Positions 1 through 13,096 of a DNA stretch of 64,000 bases are shown here, piece by piece. The position numbers and the translations under genes were made by a program. The DNA is from Octopus vulgaris (lineage: Eukaryota): assembly GCA_951406725.2 (NCBI GenBank), contig OX597832.1, forward strand, positions 68,944,001-69,008,000, written 5' to 3'. Every line of letters begins with the position of its first letter. Position 1 is the first letter of the stretch. The notes beneath the pieces are model-generated. The model was given only the letters and a program-made list of their open reading frames with translations, did no database searches and was not told the origin of the DNA.

Positions 1-179
1 GTGTCTTCAGCTCTGGTGTTTGGTGCATGTCTTCTTTCTTCTGTTCCCTGGCCTCTTCGATGTATCGTCAGTGAGTGTCAGCTGGTGACTGACTGACTTG
101 TCAAATTTTTCCCTTTAAATACCTGCTGCAAGGCTACAGCAGGCAGCCCCAGCAAGTTGTCACGTGACACTGTCTCACC

Positions 180-256
180 TTAACTGATGATGTCTTGAGC
201 TAACTGGATCCTATAAAGGAGCTGTTGTGGTAGCAGACCATGAAACACAGTTGTAA
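180..256 (+). ncRNA. Degenerate type I hammerhead-like motif, probably a PLE remnant
   Basis: TTAA-CTGATGA(184-190)-TGTCT...AGACCA-T-GAAAC(242-246)-ACA-GTT-GTAA. Both core boxes are present; stems I and II are imperfect. Confidence 0.35.
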
Positions 257-336
257 TTCCTGGAAACATGCAAGAACTCCTTATCAAAATATACAAGTCA
301 AAATAAATCTGAAAATATTCAAAATATATGTCTTAC

Positions 337-574
337 ATTTGCTTTCATTTCAAGAACTTTCAAGTCATCTTGATTAGCTTTTAATTCTTGTTCCTTTCGA
401 TATTTCAATGACCGTAACTCTCGGAGGTCTGCTTCGAGTTTCTCTTTGTCTTTCTCTTCTTTTAAAAGTAATATCTCAAGTTGGTCGGCAGCCTCTTTTG
501 CTGACATTGATGATTTCGTAACAATGTCCAGCTTTTCTTTCATCTCCTCATATTTCTCAGTGAGCAACTCGTTT
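337..574 (-). CDS. CCDC39: Internal coding exon of a CCDC39-like coiled-coil ciliary protein
   Basis: Acceptor ttctcatttcAG|574 and donor 337|GTAAGA enclose a 238 bp open exon (phase 2 in, phase 0 out). It encodes NELLTEKYEEMKEKLDIVTKSSMSAKEAADQLEILLLKEEKDKEKLEADLRELRSLKYRKEQELKANQDDLKVLEMKAN. This matches, without gaps, the recalled human CCDC39 segment [58 protein letters not shown]. Confidence 0.8.
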
Positions 575-989
575 CTGAAATGAGAATTAATAGATTAACA
601 CATAAGCAGAAAAATTTAATATCAAAGAAGCAAATGAAATGGTAAATAAGTTAGAGAAAAGCAAAAAGAACTTGAATAGAAACTAAGTTTTAATTAGATA
701 TATGCTGAGCAGATGTGATTATTAATAGATTACAAGAGCTTGTTTGTCGTATGTTTTAGGCAAAAATGTCAATCTCAACAAATAAGTTAATTGACTAATC
801 AACACTAAATTTATTATAGTGTTAAGTAATATATTTTAAAAACAAAATGAATGAGCAGTGTTTAGAATTACTGTTTCATGAAGTGAGAAGAAGTGTTGTT
901 TGCAACAAGGTTCTTTCCCAGAGAAGGAACCAATATATGATTTTGTTTTTACATCCATTTTTCTAGTTTTAACTTTGTATGATAGCTGT

Positions 990-1222
990 AAATGAGTGTC
1001 ACAATCATATGAGTGGCATCATTTCCTTTCAGTCTTGCATAAAATACACATCTGGTCGTTGGGAAATAGTACCTTGCTTTGAAACAAGTGATGTTTGGTG
1101 ACTAAAAGAGCTCTTGATGATAGAAAAATCTGCCACAACAAAATCCCTCTAACTCATGCAAGTATGGAAAAATGAACATTAAGACGATGATTATGATGAT
1201 GATGATGATGGTGATGATGATA
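990..1222 (+). mobile_element. Decayed SINE / RTE-type 3' tail ending in (GAT)n
   Basis: Ends CATGCAAGTATGGAAAAATGAACATTAAGACGATGA(TGA)n. The same terminus recurs across the window, e.g. 6395-6600, 16600-16914, and reverse copies near 6840, 9545, 22375, 29610, 40675. Confidence 0.6.
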
Positions 1223-2099
1223 GTATAGTTCCTGAGCTCAGATACTATTTGTTTCATTCTGCTTCAAATCTTCTGACAGGTTCTTCTTTTCTCCATGGCA
1301 TATGAATTTATCAGAACTTAAGGAACTTACAAACATACAGATGATTAAAAATAATATATATACACCCGCCTTCAGACATTAATAAAAAGCTATTCAACCT
1401 TAGATAATTACTCCAATATTTATATAATTATATTACATTATTCAGAATATGAAGAAAAAAATTAATGGTTTTCTACAAACTAAAAGCTTCTTTTGACATT
1501 TTGAGAAGCACCATTTTGTGTGTATATTCCTTTGGGAAAATGGTGAGAAAATGGCAGTAATATTTAGAATATCTGACGTGATGAATCACTGTATTTTCGT
1601 TTGCCTGTTATAGTTGTAGTTATTTTTGTAGCTTTTGTTTTTACTTTTTGCTATATTTGTTGCCAGTTACTACACAAAACAAGCTAGTCTCAGACCTATG
1701 ATCAAAGATGTTCCAGTCACAACAACCCTTTTTTTGTATATGTATGACTCCTCTGTCCAATATATTTTGTGGTTGATATTTAGCCCTGTATCAGCCCAGC
1801 TCAACTAGAATGATCAACAACTTTCAATCCATGTCCTTCCCATCTTATTTTCTAGACATATATTACTTAATGCATATATTTTGTTACTGTAGACCATGAT
1901 CGGAAGATTTGATTTAATATCTTAATAGATAAATATGATTAAAAACAAACTCTCATGTCAATATGATGTCTTACTTTAGATGGAAAGATGGACTTTGTCA
2001 TAAAATACTTTTTGACTGCTTTTTGTCAGGTTGTCATAAGCCTGTGTACAACAAGCTGTGTTGTCACTTTATCATCACAATATTTATTAATATTCCTGA

Positions 2100-2313
2100 A
2101 AGGCAACAAGCTGGCTGAACCATTAGCATACCAGGCAAAAGGCTTAGTGTCCTATCATCTGTCTTTACGTTCTGAGTTCAAATTCCACCAAGGTGGACTT
2201 AGCTGGTCATCCTTTCAGGGTCAATAAAATAAGAACCAGTTAAATTCTAGGGTCAATTAAATTGATTTACACCCTCCCCGAAATTGCTGGCCTTGTGCCA
2301 AAATTTGTAACCA
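2100..2313 (+). mobile_element. tRNA-related SINE (cephalopod-type family)
   Basis: GGCAACAAGCTGGCTGAACCATTAGC head, B-box GAGTTCAAATTCC, central AATAAGAACCAG, tail GGCCTTGTGCC. Related copies at about 2495-2700 (+), 21660-21870 (-), 35270-35430 (-), 54755-54960 (-). Confidence 0.7.
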
Positions 2314-5300
2314 GTATTTATTAATGTTCCATTCTGTATTGATTTGAAATTAGGCTGATGGTTAACTTGAAAGATATTTGAATCTCAATCATTTACTGAA
2401 TTTCAGTAAATTGATGAGACAAATGATAAGTTCTACTAATTCTTGTTACACTCACCATTCTGCCTAGAAAATTCAGATTATATCTATGCAATCAGGAGCT
2501 GTGTATTAGCAGAATTGTTAAGTGAGTATTTCAATACAAGCTTTTATATTTTGAGTTGAAATTTCATTGAGGTCTGCTTTGGGGTTTGGTTTTTCTGGTG
2601 TCAGCAGAACAATGCACTAATAATAAATTGGGGATGTCATAATGAACTGTGATGTCCCTAACCACTAAATTTATGGCATTGTGCCAACTTAAGAAATAAG
2701 CATTATTAAGGTAATTGAATCAAGTAAATTAATTGTCAACTTGGAATTAGACGACAAGATTTAACATGACATTCATCCACACTAATGGTGACCTCACTAG
2801 TGCTGCAGGAATGAAGTAAAGCATCCAATACATGAAGGAAAGTGGTTGACATAACGAAGTGCATCCTGGTGTAGAAGTAATGTCGACGTAGATACTAAAT
2901 CACAATGTAGTCCTTGGATCCGTTGGATCATTTCAAAGCCTCTAGCCCATTCCAACGTTGAACAGGGATATTTAAATGATGTCGAGAATATTAGACATTC
3001 TACATACCAATTTGAGATTTTAAAATCTGCAACATTCTGATGGCCATAAATTAAACAATAAACCTAATGCTTGCCAGTCAATTGCAATGCTAAATATAAG
3101 GCAGAGCTCCAACCATTCTACAAACTAGCAACTATAAATTATTATTCCTGTTATTTTAACTGCAACATGTAATCTTCACAATATAATTGATCGGTCAGTA
3201 TCAGGAGGACAGGCTATTGTATGAAGTACAAAACAAGAAAGATGTCCTACATTGATTGGAAAATGGTGAAATAACACCGTGAATCAAAATTATGAATTAA
3301 TTGCTAAGATTTTCGAGCAAAAGCTATTAGATATTATAAGCTCTGGTTCAATGCAGAAAAGAGCAAGAGGTCATGTACCATTTATTCGTGGCTCATTGGG
3401 TAAATATCGGAAAGATTTCAGCTCATTACCATAAGCTAAGAAATTATTAGTCAAAGAAAACTCACTCTGTTGGTTGTTCCTCAACTCTGGTGACCCATGA
3501 CCAAGCCAGAGCAATATGTGTTCACTGTTGATAAGAGTAAAGAGTCTATGTGTGTGTAAGTATATGCGCATGTGCATGTGTGTGTGTATATGTATCTTTT
3601 AAAGTCAACTGCAACAATTTGCCAGACTGATTGGTGTGCTATTCCTTGCCGAAGATTAGTCTGTAACCCAGACAACTGAAGAAAACTACCAAGGAGATAG
3701 GAATGGCTGCTGAAACTAGCTCAAGGTGGTTATGGTTGATAAGGGGCTGCAAATGAAACCCTTCCACAAGTGAAAAGTAATTTGGTCCTTGCTAAACCAG
3801 ACAGGTGAAATATACAGCCTGAGGGGTGAAAAGCCTTTGATCCTGTGATACCGGCTGATGATACAGAAAGGTTTCCAAAACTGTGAAAGATTCAGAAGAG
3901 CTTACAATGCACCTGAGGAGTAGCCACTGCAGTTTCAGTACAAGGGAAAGTCTCTCTGATGCTTATTTCTCATATTTTACACATACACACACACATGCAT
4001 GTGATATCGTTGTGTTCAAATTTTTCCTCCTCCATGTTATAACAAACCAGAAGTTATAACAGACATTGCATACATAAAATATCCTCTGCAATTCTCCTTG
4101 GGATAGCTTTGCAGATGTGACTTAAACCATTATATTCACTCTTGTTTAATTTTGGAAAAATATTATACTCAAGGAAGTGTCAAAGTCTTCTGTTATTTTC
4201 GTATGATCCTAACATTGACATTCTATATGCCATAATGGCATCATTGCTGATTAAATTTCACCTGTTGGTTTATATTTTATATCCATCATCATCATCATCA
4301 TCCTTCAACGTTTCTTTTCCACGTTAGTATCTCTGCTTGATTTATGATACTTTATTAACTTATCAAACTTCATTGTCATGCACTTAACAAGGTCGTTGAC
4401 ACTTAATTTCCACTGCATCTGCAATGGCTCTCCATCAAGCCATGCCATTAGATAAATAGCATTTGGTAATAGAACATAAAACATGCATGTTGAGGTTGCA
4501 ATAAAACATTACTTGAATGGCTGAAAGAGGGAATAACTGAATATGAGAATAACTGAATAAGCGAATGAATGAAACATGGCTTTTAATGAATGGTGGAGCA
4601 TCTGTTCTGCAGCCAATAACAACCTTGGTCTTATTTAAAACTGTTTTGATCAATGAATGTTTTTTTTCTTTTAAATTTCTTTGACAGTATATTAGTTTCT
4701 ACTTGAATATCCGTCATCTCTCAACCTATCTATCTATCTGTCTGACTGTCAGTCTATACCAATCTCTTTTTCTCTGTAGTTATTTATTCATACACACACA
4801 CACACACACACACTCATACAAACATGTGCCTGTGTACTTACACTTGTATATAAACATACATACATACATACATACATACATACATAATGAGCTGGTGTAT
4901 CTCAGACAGCATATTTAAAATCACACGCCACTAGACATACACATATATGTAGCCAAAAACCTTCGTTGTGTGTGTGTATATATACATCTGTAACCTTTTC
5001 TTTACTATTACAATGTGATATTTGATGAAAGAGAGACACAAGCAAGGGACGTGTATTTAGTGATGTAAGAGACATAGTTATGCCAAGTGGAATGATGTAA
5101 AGATTGAAAAGAATAGGTTTGGGAGATTGTGGAATGAGAAAGGAGAAAAGGAAACAATGAAGGGAAGACAGAGAGAGAAAGGGAAAGAAATGGCAGTGAA
5201 GTGGGTGTGAATTAGAAAAGAAACAATGGTGAAAAGGAAGAGAGTCTCCCTCAGACTCCTATGGACAATAAGCCTTGACTGTTTCCAAGTAATATTCTTT

Positions 5301-6839
5301 CCCTCATGACCAGACAAGTTTCGATTGAAGAATGGAATTGGATGCAAACAGCACCATTTGCACAATGGCTACACCTGTTTATCACAAATGCATGAGGCCA
5401 AGACAAGGGGACGTAAACTCACACACATATTTTTTTTTTTTTAAAATCGACATCTTTCTCTTTCAGTCTTTTAAATGTACACTCAAGTTTCTAATAAGCC
5501 CCTAGGTGTCCTTCAGTGAGATTGAACCTAAAATGATGCGGATGGGAAACAAAAATCTTAAATGCCTGTATGTAATCAAAATAGATTTAGCATAGATAAT
5601 ATGATTTCTTGTACATATGTCATCTTACCATTCTTGACATCTATTGACATAAAGAACGTCAATCGCTAGAATGGAATATATTGCAATTATGAAATGTATT
5701 CCATTTGGTTTCAATTCTATCTTTTATTCATGTATTAAGTATTTTATGCCTCATTTCTGTTAATAAAAAGATTTGACATACACATGAAATAGGAACAAGA
5801 ACAACAACAGCAGCAACAATAATTATTTCAAAACGAGTGGAAGTGTCAGTAGGTTAAAGCAGTTAGATGCATTCTGGGTAATGTCAAATATGAAATGATT
5901 TCTGCTGCATCGCACAATTTCAATATTTCAAAGTTACTTCATTAATTTTCAGTTTGAAACCCATAACAATTCCCAGTAAAAATACGTGATCGAAATGTAA
6001 ATGTATTTAAATATATTTATGCATTTAAATTTAGAGCATTTCAGAGCAAAATAGTTTGGAGCAAGGAAAAGAAAGAAGATGAAACAAAAGTTAATTTTTT
6101 TTTTAAATACTGTTTCTGATCTTCCTTCTTAATTTATATGGATTATTGTATTTCAGCATATATGTGTATGTACAGTTTTTTGCATGAATGTACACACACA
6201 CACACACACACACACACAATCACATCACATATATGGAGAAATTTAAAATATTTACAATGTAAGAATATATACCTACAAAGACACTGATATGCACATACAT
6301 GTAATATACATACATATACACATGCACACACACACATTTATATATATATATATACATTTGTTTGTATGTGTGTATATGTGTGAGTGTATCTTAAGTGATA
6401 CTTGATGACTACTGGCACCAGTGTCACTTAAAAAGCATCCAGTACACTCTGTAGAATGGTTGGCATTAGGAAGAGCATCTAGCAATAGGAACCATGCCAA
6501 AAAAACATTGGAGCAAGGTGCAGTCCTCTGGCTTGCCAGCTGTTATCAAACTGTCAAATACAGGAAAATGGTGGTTAAATAGTGATGATGATGACGATGC
6601 ATTTGCACGCACACGCGTGCACGCATGCGTATGTGTGTGTGTGTGTGTGTGTGTGTGTTATAATTGAGGCTTCAATATTTTGAAAGAAGCAAATTTTGAA
6701 ACAGTAGCATTGGATAAATAGGAGTTAGCTTACAAACACACATAAAACATATAAAAATGGAGTGAACTGATTATAATGGGTGGTGTAGAATAATCAAATA
6801 TGAAGGATTAAAATGCAGTGGAACAGAAATACATTGCAA

Positions 6840-8090
6840 ATCATCATCATCATCATCATTTAGCATCTGTTGTTCGTACTGGCATGGGTTGGACAGTCTA
6901 ACCAGGGCTGGTAAGCTGGAAGGCTGCACCAGACTCCAGTCTGATTTGGCATGGTTTCTATGACTGGATTCCCTTCTTAATGCTTGCCACTCCAAGAGCA
7001 TAATGGATGCTTTTATATGCCACCAACACAGGTACCATTTGCATAACACCAGTATCTACCATGACTGCAATTTTACTCAGCTTGATGGATCTTCTTTTCA
7101 AGCATGACACAATGCCAAAAGTCCTGGGTATTGCCTCTGTGAGGCCCAACACTTGAAAGGAGCTCTTCACATGCCACTGCCATCAGCCACTTTTCCTGCA
7201 TGAGACTCAACACTCAAAAGCTGCTTTTTACATGCCACCAGCAGGAGTGTCAGTTATGTGATGCCAGCACCAGCCATGACTGTGATTTCACTTGGCTTGA
7301 TGGTTCTTCTCAAGCACAGCATATCTCCAAAGGCCTCGTGTCACTAGTCATTGCCTCTGTGAAGTCCAAAGTTCGAAAATCATGCTTCACCACCTTGTCC
7401 CATATCTTCCTGGGTCTACCTCTACCACAGGTTCCCCCCCACATTAAGGATCAGCACTTCTTTACACAGCTGTCCTCATCCATACACATCGCATGACCAT
7501 ACCAGCACAGTCATCTCTCTTGCATATCACATCTGATGCCACTTATGCCTCACTTTTCTTTCAAGATGCTTACACTCTGTCAAGCATGCAAACTGATATT
7601 GCACATCCAGCAAAGCATACAGGCTTCATTTGTTTCAAGTTTATACATGTCCTCAGCTGTCACAGCCCACAGGCATCATACAATCTGCTTTCACTCTGAG
7701 AGAGAGGCCCTTTGTTGCCAGCAGAGGTAGGAGCACTTTGAACTTTGCCCAACCTAATCTTATTCTCACAGATATGTTCTTGGAGCATCCACCTCCACTA
7801 CTGACTTGGTCACCTCGATAATGAAAGCTATCTGCTACCTATAGATTACCCTCCTGGCATTTGATGGAGTCTATTTCCTGTACATTTTCAGTATTTATTG
7901 TACCTGTGCATCTTCCACATACAAAAGCTAGTTTCCCTCTTAACCTTCCTCTAATGTTGCCACACCTATTATGTGTCCATAGTTTACACCAGGTATGGAG
8001 TTTCTACCTACACCTTTTATACAGAGATACAGATCGAGCAGGGCTTTCTGCCAGAAGGGATTTGTGTTTTATCTGCCTTCCTACTTACTA
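6840..8090 (-). mobile_element. 5'-truncated decayed RTE-clade LINE (ORF C-terminus, 3' UTR, (GAT)n tail)
   Basis: The minus strand gives frameshifted RTE motifs IRLGWAKFKVLLPLLATKGLSLRVK, WYGH..MDEDSCVKKC and GTCGRGRPRKIWDKVVKHD. A Cys/His cluster lies near 7900-8000. The trinucleotide tail is at 6840-6860. Confidence 0.8.
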
Positions 8091-8133
8091 AAGACTTTGT
8101 TTTTTGTTAGCAAAAGTATATATATATATTTTG

Positions 8134-8277
8134 AAAGGTGTAATGAATAAATGCTCCAGTCAGTCAAAACCACTTTATATCATTCCCAAATTATCAAAAA
8201 TCGAATATAAATATATATTGAAACAATAGGGCACCCAATAGTAAAACCGACTGGAGCATTTATTTATTATACCTTTT
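8134..8277. repeat. Short inverted repeat (about 29 bp arms) next to a (TA)n tract
   Basis: AAAGGTGTAATGAATAAATGCTCCAGTC (8134-8161) pairs with GACTGGAGCATTTATTTATTATACCTTT (8249-8276). Confidence 0.75.
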
Positions 8278-10898
8278 GATTTATTTCTCCTTTTGCCTCA
8301 CAGTGTCACCTGAGCATTTCCAGCTGGTGTCTTATTTTTATTTTTGTTCTTCAGTTTAATGAAACTACATTTTGGTTTAATGAAGTTATGAAATCATCTT
8401 CTTAAATATGTGTGTGTGTATAGATATAGATATATTTACATTGTGGATGAAAAAGAAACAACTGTAAATCAAGGTATTGCACAAGAAGCAGAACACCTGT
8501 AAGAGCAAATTGATTATTTTAATGGTTGAAAAGTATTTGAAAAGATTGTCTCTAAAGACCCAAAGTTAGAACAAGGTACAGTACATAATAAATTAACATT
8601 ATCATTTATTCCAAGAAAATTGGATATTATGATGTAAATGGTAGAGAATATTAGCTTTTGTTACCATATTCCAGTTGAAATACACAGACCTTGTTCCTGT
8701 TAATTTTGAAAATTATGAAGAATTTAGTGAAATAACATTACTATTAAGCTGATGCTTGGAATGAAAGGTTTGAATTTCAATTACTTTAAAAATGGAAGTT
8801 TGGATTTAGAAGCAGAAGCAGTTTCTGGTAGGTCTGTATCAAAAGGAGTTTTAAAATATTTGTCTTGTAAGAGTTATTTGTTCATAAAATATTGGCTAAA
8901 AATGGTTTTAGAACATTATGAAGGAAGGTAAGAAATTGAAAACAACTTTTAAAAATGATTGATATTGTATATTTTAAAATAATGTAACTTCTATTCCTGT
9001 GAGAGCAACACAATAATAACCAGTATGTGTAACGAGTAAAAAAATGTACTAAATATTGATATTCTATATTTCAAAATATTTAATTTAGATGAAAATAAAT
9101 TGACTGTACAGCAAACAATATTGCTGAGAATTTATTTCATGATTAAACATAAATTCATTGAATCATTTAAAAAGGAAAATATGAATGGCAAGGAAGATAA
9201 ATATTTGGGGAAACCTAATTGTAGTTTCTTCTATAGAAACCACAGTAAAACAAAAAATAAAGCAATACCTGAAGCTGTCAAAAAATTTAAAGTACACTAG
9301 TAATCGAATACATCATCATCATTGTCATCATCATCATAATCCGAGTTATCATCATCTACCATCAGTCTTTCCTAGATGATTCTAGAGAATTCAATGAGCT
9401 GGAGGCTTAGACAGAATTTCAGTGTCTGCTTTGGTATAGTTTTTATAGCTGGATGCTGATGCCAGCCACTGTACAGAGTGTACTGGATGATAAATAACTA
9501 TATGAGTAATAATTAGCCCTCCTTTTCTCATTCCTCCTCCTCCTCATCATCAAACATCTGTTTTTCCATGCTGGTAGGGGTGGGACAATTTGACAAGATC
9601 TACTGAACTGGAGGGTTGCACTAAGTTCCAATGGTTTCTAAATCTAGATGCCATTACTAATGCCAACCACTTTACAGAGGGTGGACTGGGTGCTATTTTC
9701 ATGGTAGTAGCACTAATGCCATGAAATGAATGCATATTTGTAAAACAGCTGGCATTTGGCTGTGGAGTCTGACTAAAAACTCAGAGAAACATTTGTAACA
9801 CAAATCAAGTTGTAAGGGATATAAAGGCCTATCTGAAATAACAATTTCTAGGTAAATATTTCAATTATTGTTGAAGGAAAAAAATAAACAACTTAGTTAG
9901 AAATCAAGCTAGTAAAACCCTTTGTGGTAAGTTAAGTAAAATGATTAAAGTTAGAAAAATAACCATAATTTGTAGGGAAAGTTTTCCAGAATTGGTAAAT
10001 GAAATTATGTATGTATTTCATATTGGCAACTTTTGAAAATATGAGAAAAAACACAAACAAATGTAATTTAAATAAACAAAGTGCAGCCTCTGATATGTGC
10101 TTAATGGTAATTCAGGATTTTGATAGTGAAGAAAAAACCAAAGTTGTTCTTAAACTAAAAATTGTTACTGTTTATGGAATGATGAAAATTTCAGTCTCAG
10201 TTTTGGCAGAACTAATTCTGTGTGAATAAACTATTCTATAATAATGAAATGTTGCTGAGGAAAACTTTTGTTTTGAGTAATGTGTGAACGTTAAAAGGGA
10301 AAAATTATAGGGTATAGGTTATAGATCATAAGCAAAATATTTACGAAAATAGAAAAATTTCATGTTGTTCAATTTGATTAAATGAAATAATAAAAATAGA
10401 ATCTTTGTAAAAGATATAAAAAGAAGTAGGAAATGGTAATGCAACAGTTTTATCTTCTGATTGCAGAAATCCATGGATGGAGTAGGTAGAATATATAAGA
10501 AAAAATGTAAATACAGCAAAATTTCATAGACAAGTATATATAAATATACGATTTCAGATATAAACAAATATGCACGTATAAAATACATTTATATCTACAT
10601 ACACAAAGCATACACACTCACATGCATGTATATATCTATGCGTATAGTTCTGTGTGTGTATATATATACATATGTACATATATATATATACATATATATA
10701 TATGTATATATATATACGTGTATATATATATATATGCATATATATATATACGTGTATATATATATATGTACATATATATATATATATATCACATAATCAT
10801 GTAACCGACCAGACCATCAGATGTTGTTACACATCGCTGGTCACAATGCGTTCGCATGATGCCACCCCGCTTAGCCACCCCGCTGGCTAAGTGAGCAG

Positions 10899-10945
<47 letters not shown>

Positions 10946-10979
10946 ATATGTGTGTGTGTGTGTGTGCATGTATATATAT

Positions 10980-11225
10980 GGTAGTTGTCTACTCGTTATG
11001 CAGACTTTGACCACCTCCTGTACTTGCACCTTAGAAACATCATGGTGTATGATATGGCTTTTTAAACCAGACAATGTTTTGAATAGACACCCACATAGAT
11101 TGCATATTCAATTTGGACAACCAAGAGCTGCAGATAAGTTCTGGTCTTTGTGGATCTTAAAATGTCTTTTGAGGCTTCTGTTAGATTTGCAAACCTTCTG
11201 GCATACATTGCATTCAAATGTGTGT
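10980..11225 (-). mobile_element. LINE (RTE-like) 3' end with two tandem C2H2 zinc fingers
   Basis: FECNVCQKVCKSNRSLKRHFKIH, then after an in-frame stop ICNLCGCLFKTLSGLKSHIIHH, followed by a short UTR and microsatellite. No TGEKP linker and no splice sites. Confidence 0.6.
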
Positions 11226-11271
11226 GCGTATGTGTATATATATTCACATGCACACATAACACCAGCATATG

Positions 11272-11317
<46 letters not shown>

Positions 11318-11918
11318 AACACACACACACACCAGCACACACACAAATACAAAGTGAATTAGGAAACTTAATAGAGTCTAGGTTAAAATGCCTTGTAGTG
11401 CAAGCTTGAAATTTCGTTCTGCTTTCGAATTCTTCCAAAGTCAACTTAGCTGTTTTTCTTGCAGGCCAACAACAACAACATATTGTTGCATAACAAGATT
11501 CTATTCTTCTTTTTTTCGCTCTCTTTTTCTCTTACATTTTCAATCTTAATCAGGAAGAAATCAATTGGGGACAAATTTGGAAAGCAATTTTTCATTCCAG
11601 GTTTAAATACCCAGCATGCACCATAGTCAGAATGTTTTCATGTTCACTCAAACACTTATATGATGTCAACAATATACAATTCTTATTGGTAAGAATAAAG
11701 TTTTTAAAATGGAGAGAGAATTTCAAAGGATTGAAGGATTGCTTTACTCTAATGATAGAACACATGCCATGTCCCCTGAAAATATGGATTCCAGTCCCAT
11801 GGGCAGTGTTTCACTTTTTCTATACAAAAGCTTTTTCCAATCCAATATCTATAGCATATTATTTACAGCCTTATGTCATGTGCTTCAAGTGCCACTGTTC
11901 TTAAAGATACTATATGTA

Positions 11919-11953
<35 letters not shown>

Positions 11954-11956
<3 letters not shown>

Positions 11957-12064
11957 GGTTTAAGAGACAGAATCACCCTCAAGCAACTCAATCATCATTG
12001 AACAACTATAATGTCGTTCAATGATGATTGAGTTTCTTCAGGGTGATTCTGTCTCTTAAACCTA

Positions 12065-12065
<1 letters not shown>
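11954..12065. repeat. Near-perfect 50 bp-arm hairpin between (CA)n and (TA)n
   Basis: Arm 11954-12003 pairs with arm 12016-12065 (2 mismatches, 12 nt loop). The minus strand carries CTGAAGA at 12041-12035. Confidence 0.9.
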
Positions 12066-12105
<40 letters not shown>

Positions 12106-12221
12106 ATATAATACAGTAATTCCTTTTAGTACCACTAAATTAAACTTCTCTCCCCTGCGAACTCGGAAATAACTTATCTAATATTAATATTAAATATATA
12201 TATATATATATACCACACACA

Positions 12222-12385
12222 ACCAGCTTCTACACTGTTTCCATGTACCAAATTTACACACAAAGCATTGGTCACCCTTTGGCTATAATAGAAGTCACAG
12301 TCCAAGGTGGAACACAGTGGGGTGGGTTCAAATCCACATGGTTGAAATGCAAGCTTCTTAAGCACATAGCCATGACTACACCCAC
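12222..12385 (-). mobile_element. tRNA-derived SINE, decayed copy of the GGCGCAGG-GTGGCTGTGTGG family
   Basis: Reverse complement aligns by eye with the copies at 39842, 44754 and 47761. Other minus copies near 14030-14190, 20100-20260, 26390-26545, 34050-34220 and 35765-35920. Confidence 0.65.
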
Positions 12386-12758
12386 GTACAACTGTTTCTA
12401 AACCATTTTTTGTTTGTGTTTTATTCTTGTTTGATTATTCTACTTCAGTCTTGAGACCTAAATCTCTGGATTCTTTATTCTACAACCTATTTTCATTTTC
12501 CTGAAGATGTTAGAAATGTCTGCTCTTGCAATATTACAAAGTCACAATCATATTCTTCAAGTAATTGTTTAACAATAAATTCTTTCTACTATTTTTTCTT
12601 ACTCTTTACATAAACTTAATATTTTATAACAAAAAAAGTACAAAAAGTTCACAAAAGCTCTCTGTATTGAATTATTTATGTCCTTCAAATAAATTTCTAA
12701 AACAAATTTTAGGGAATTTTTTTCATAAAACTCAGACATTGGTCCCTATATAGACTTA

Positions 12759-13013
12759 ATAATACAAACATGTGTGTGTGTGTGTGTGTGTGTGTATAAG
12801 TGCATGCACACATATATAAACACATATATACATACATATATGTATACACACTCATACTTACATACACATAGCAGGCCACAGTCACAGCATGTATCAATAA
12901 TACAAACATGTGTGTGTGTGTGTGTATAAGTGCATGTACACATATATAAACACATATATACATACATATATGTATACACACTCATACTTACATACTCATA
13001 GCAGGCCACAGTC
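12759..13013. repeat. Local tandem duplication, about 125-138 bp x2
   Basis: AATACAAACATGTGTG...CTCATACTTACATAC.CATAGCAGGCCACAGTC occurs at 12759-12883 and 12897-13013. Confidence 0.85.
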
Positions 13014-13096
13014 TGCTAGCTAGACTTAACAGAAATAAAACTTAATAGAAATAGGTGCCTAATCCCCATCAAATTATATCTTACTGATTCATATGT

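Noticed and set aside
3670-3725. CTGAAGA...GAAACTAGCTC as a hammerhead
   Set aside because: Stems I and II do not pair; likely a chance match in an old TE fragment.
5630-5666. 37 bp AG/GTAAG-bounded segment as the upstream CCDC39 exon
   Set aside because: No similarity to the expected peptide, and a phase-2 join would create TGA.
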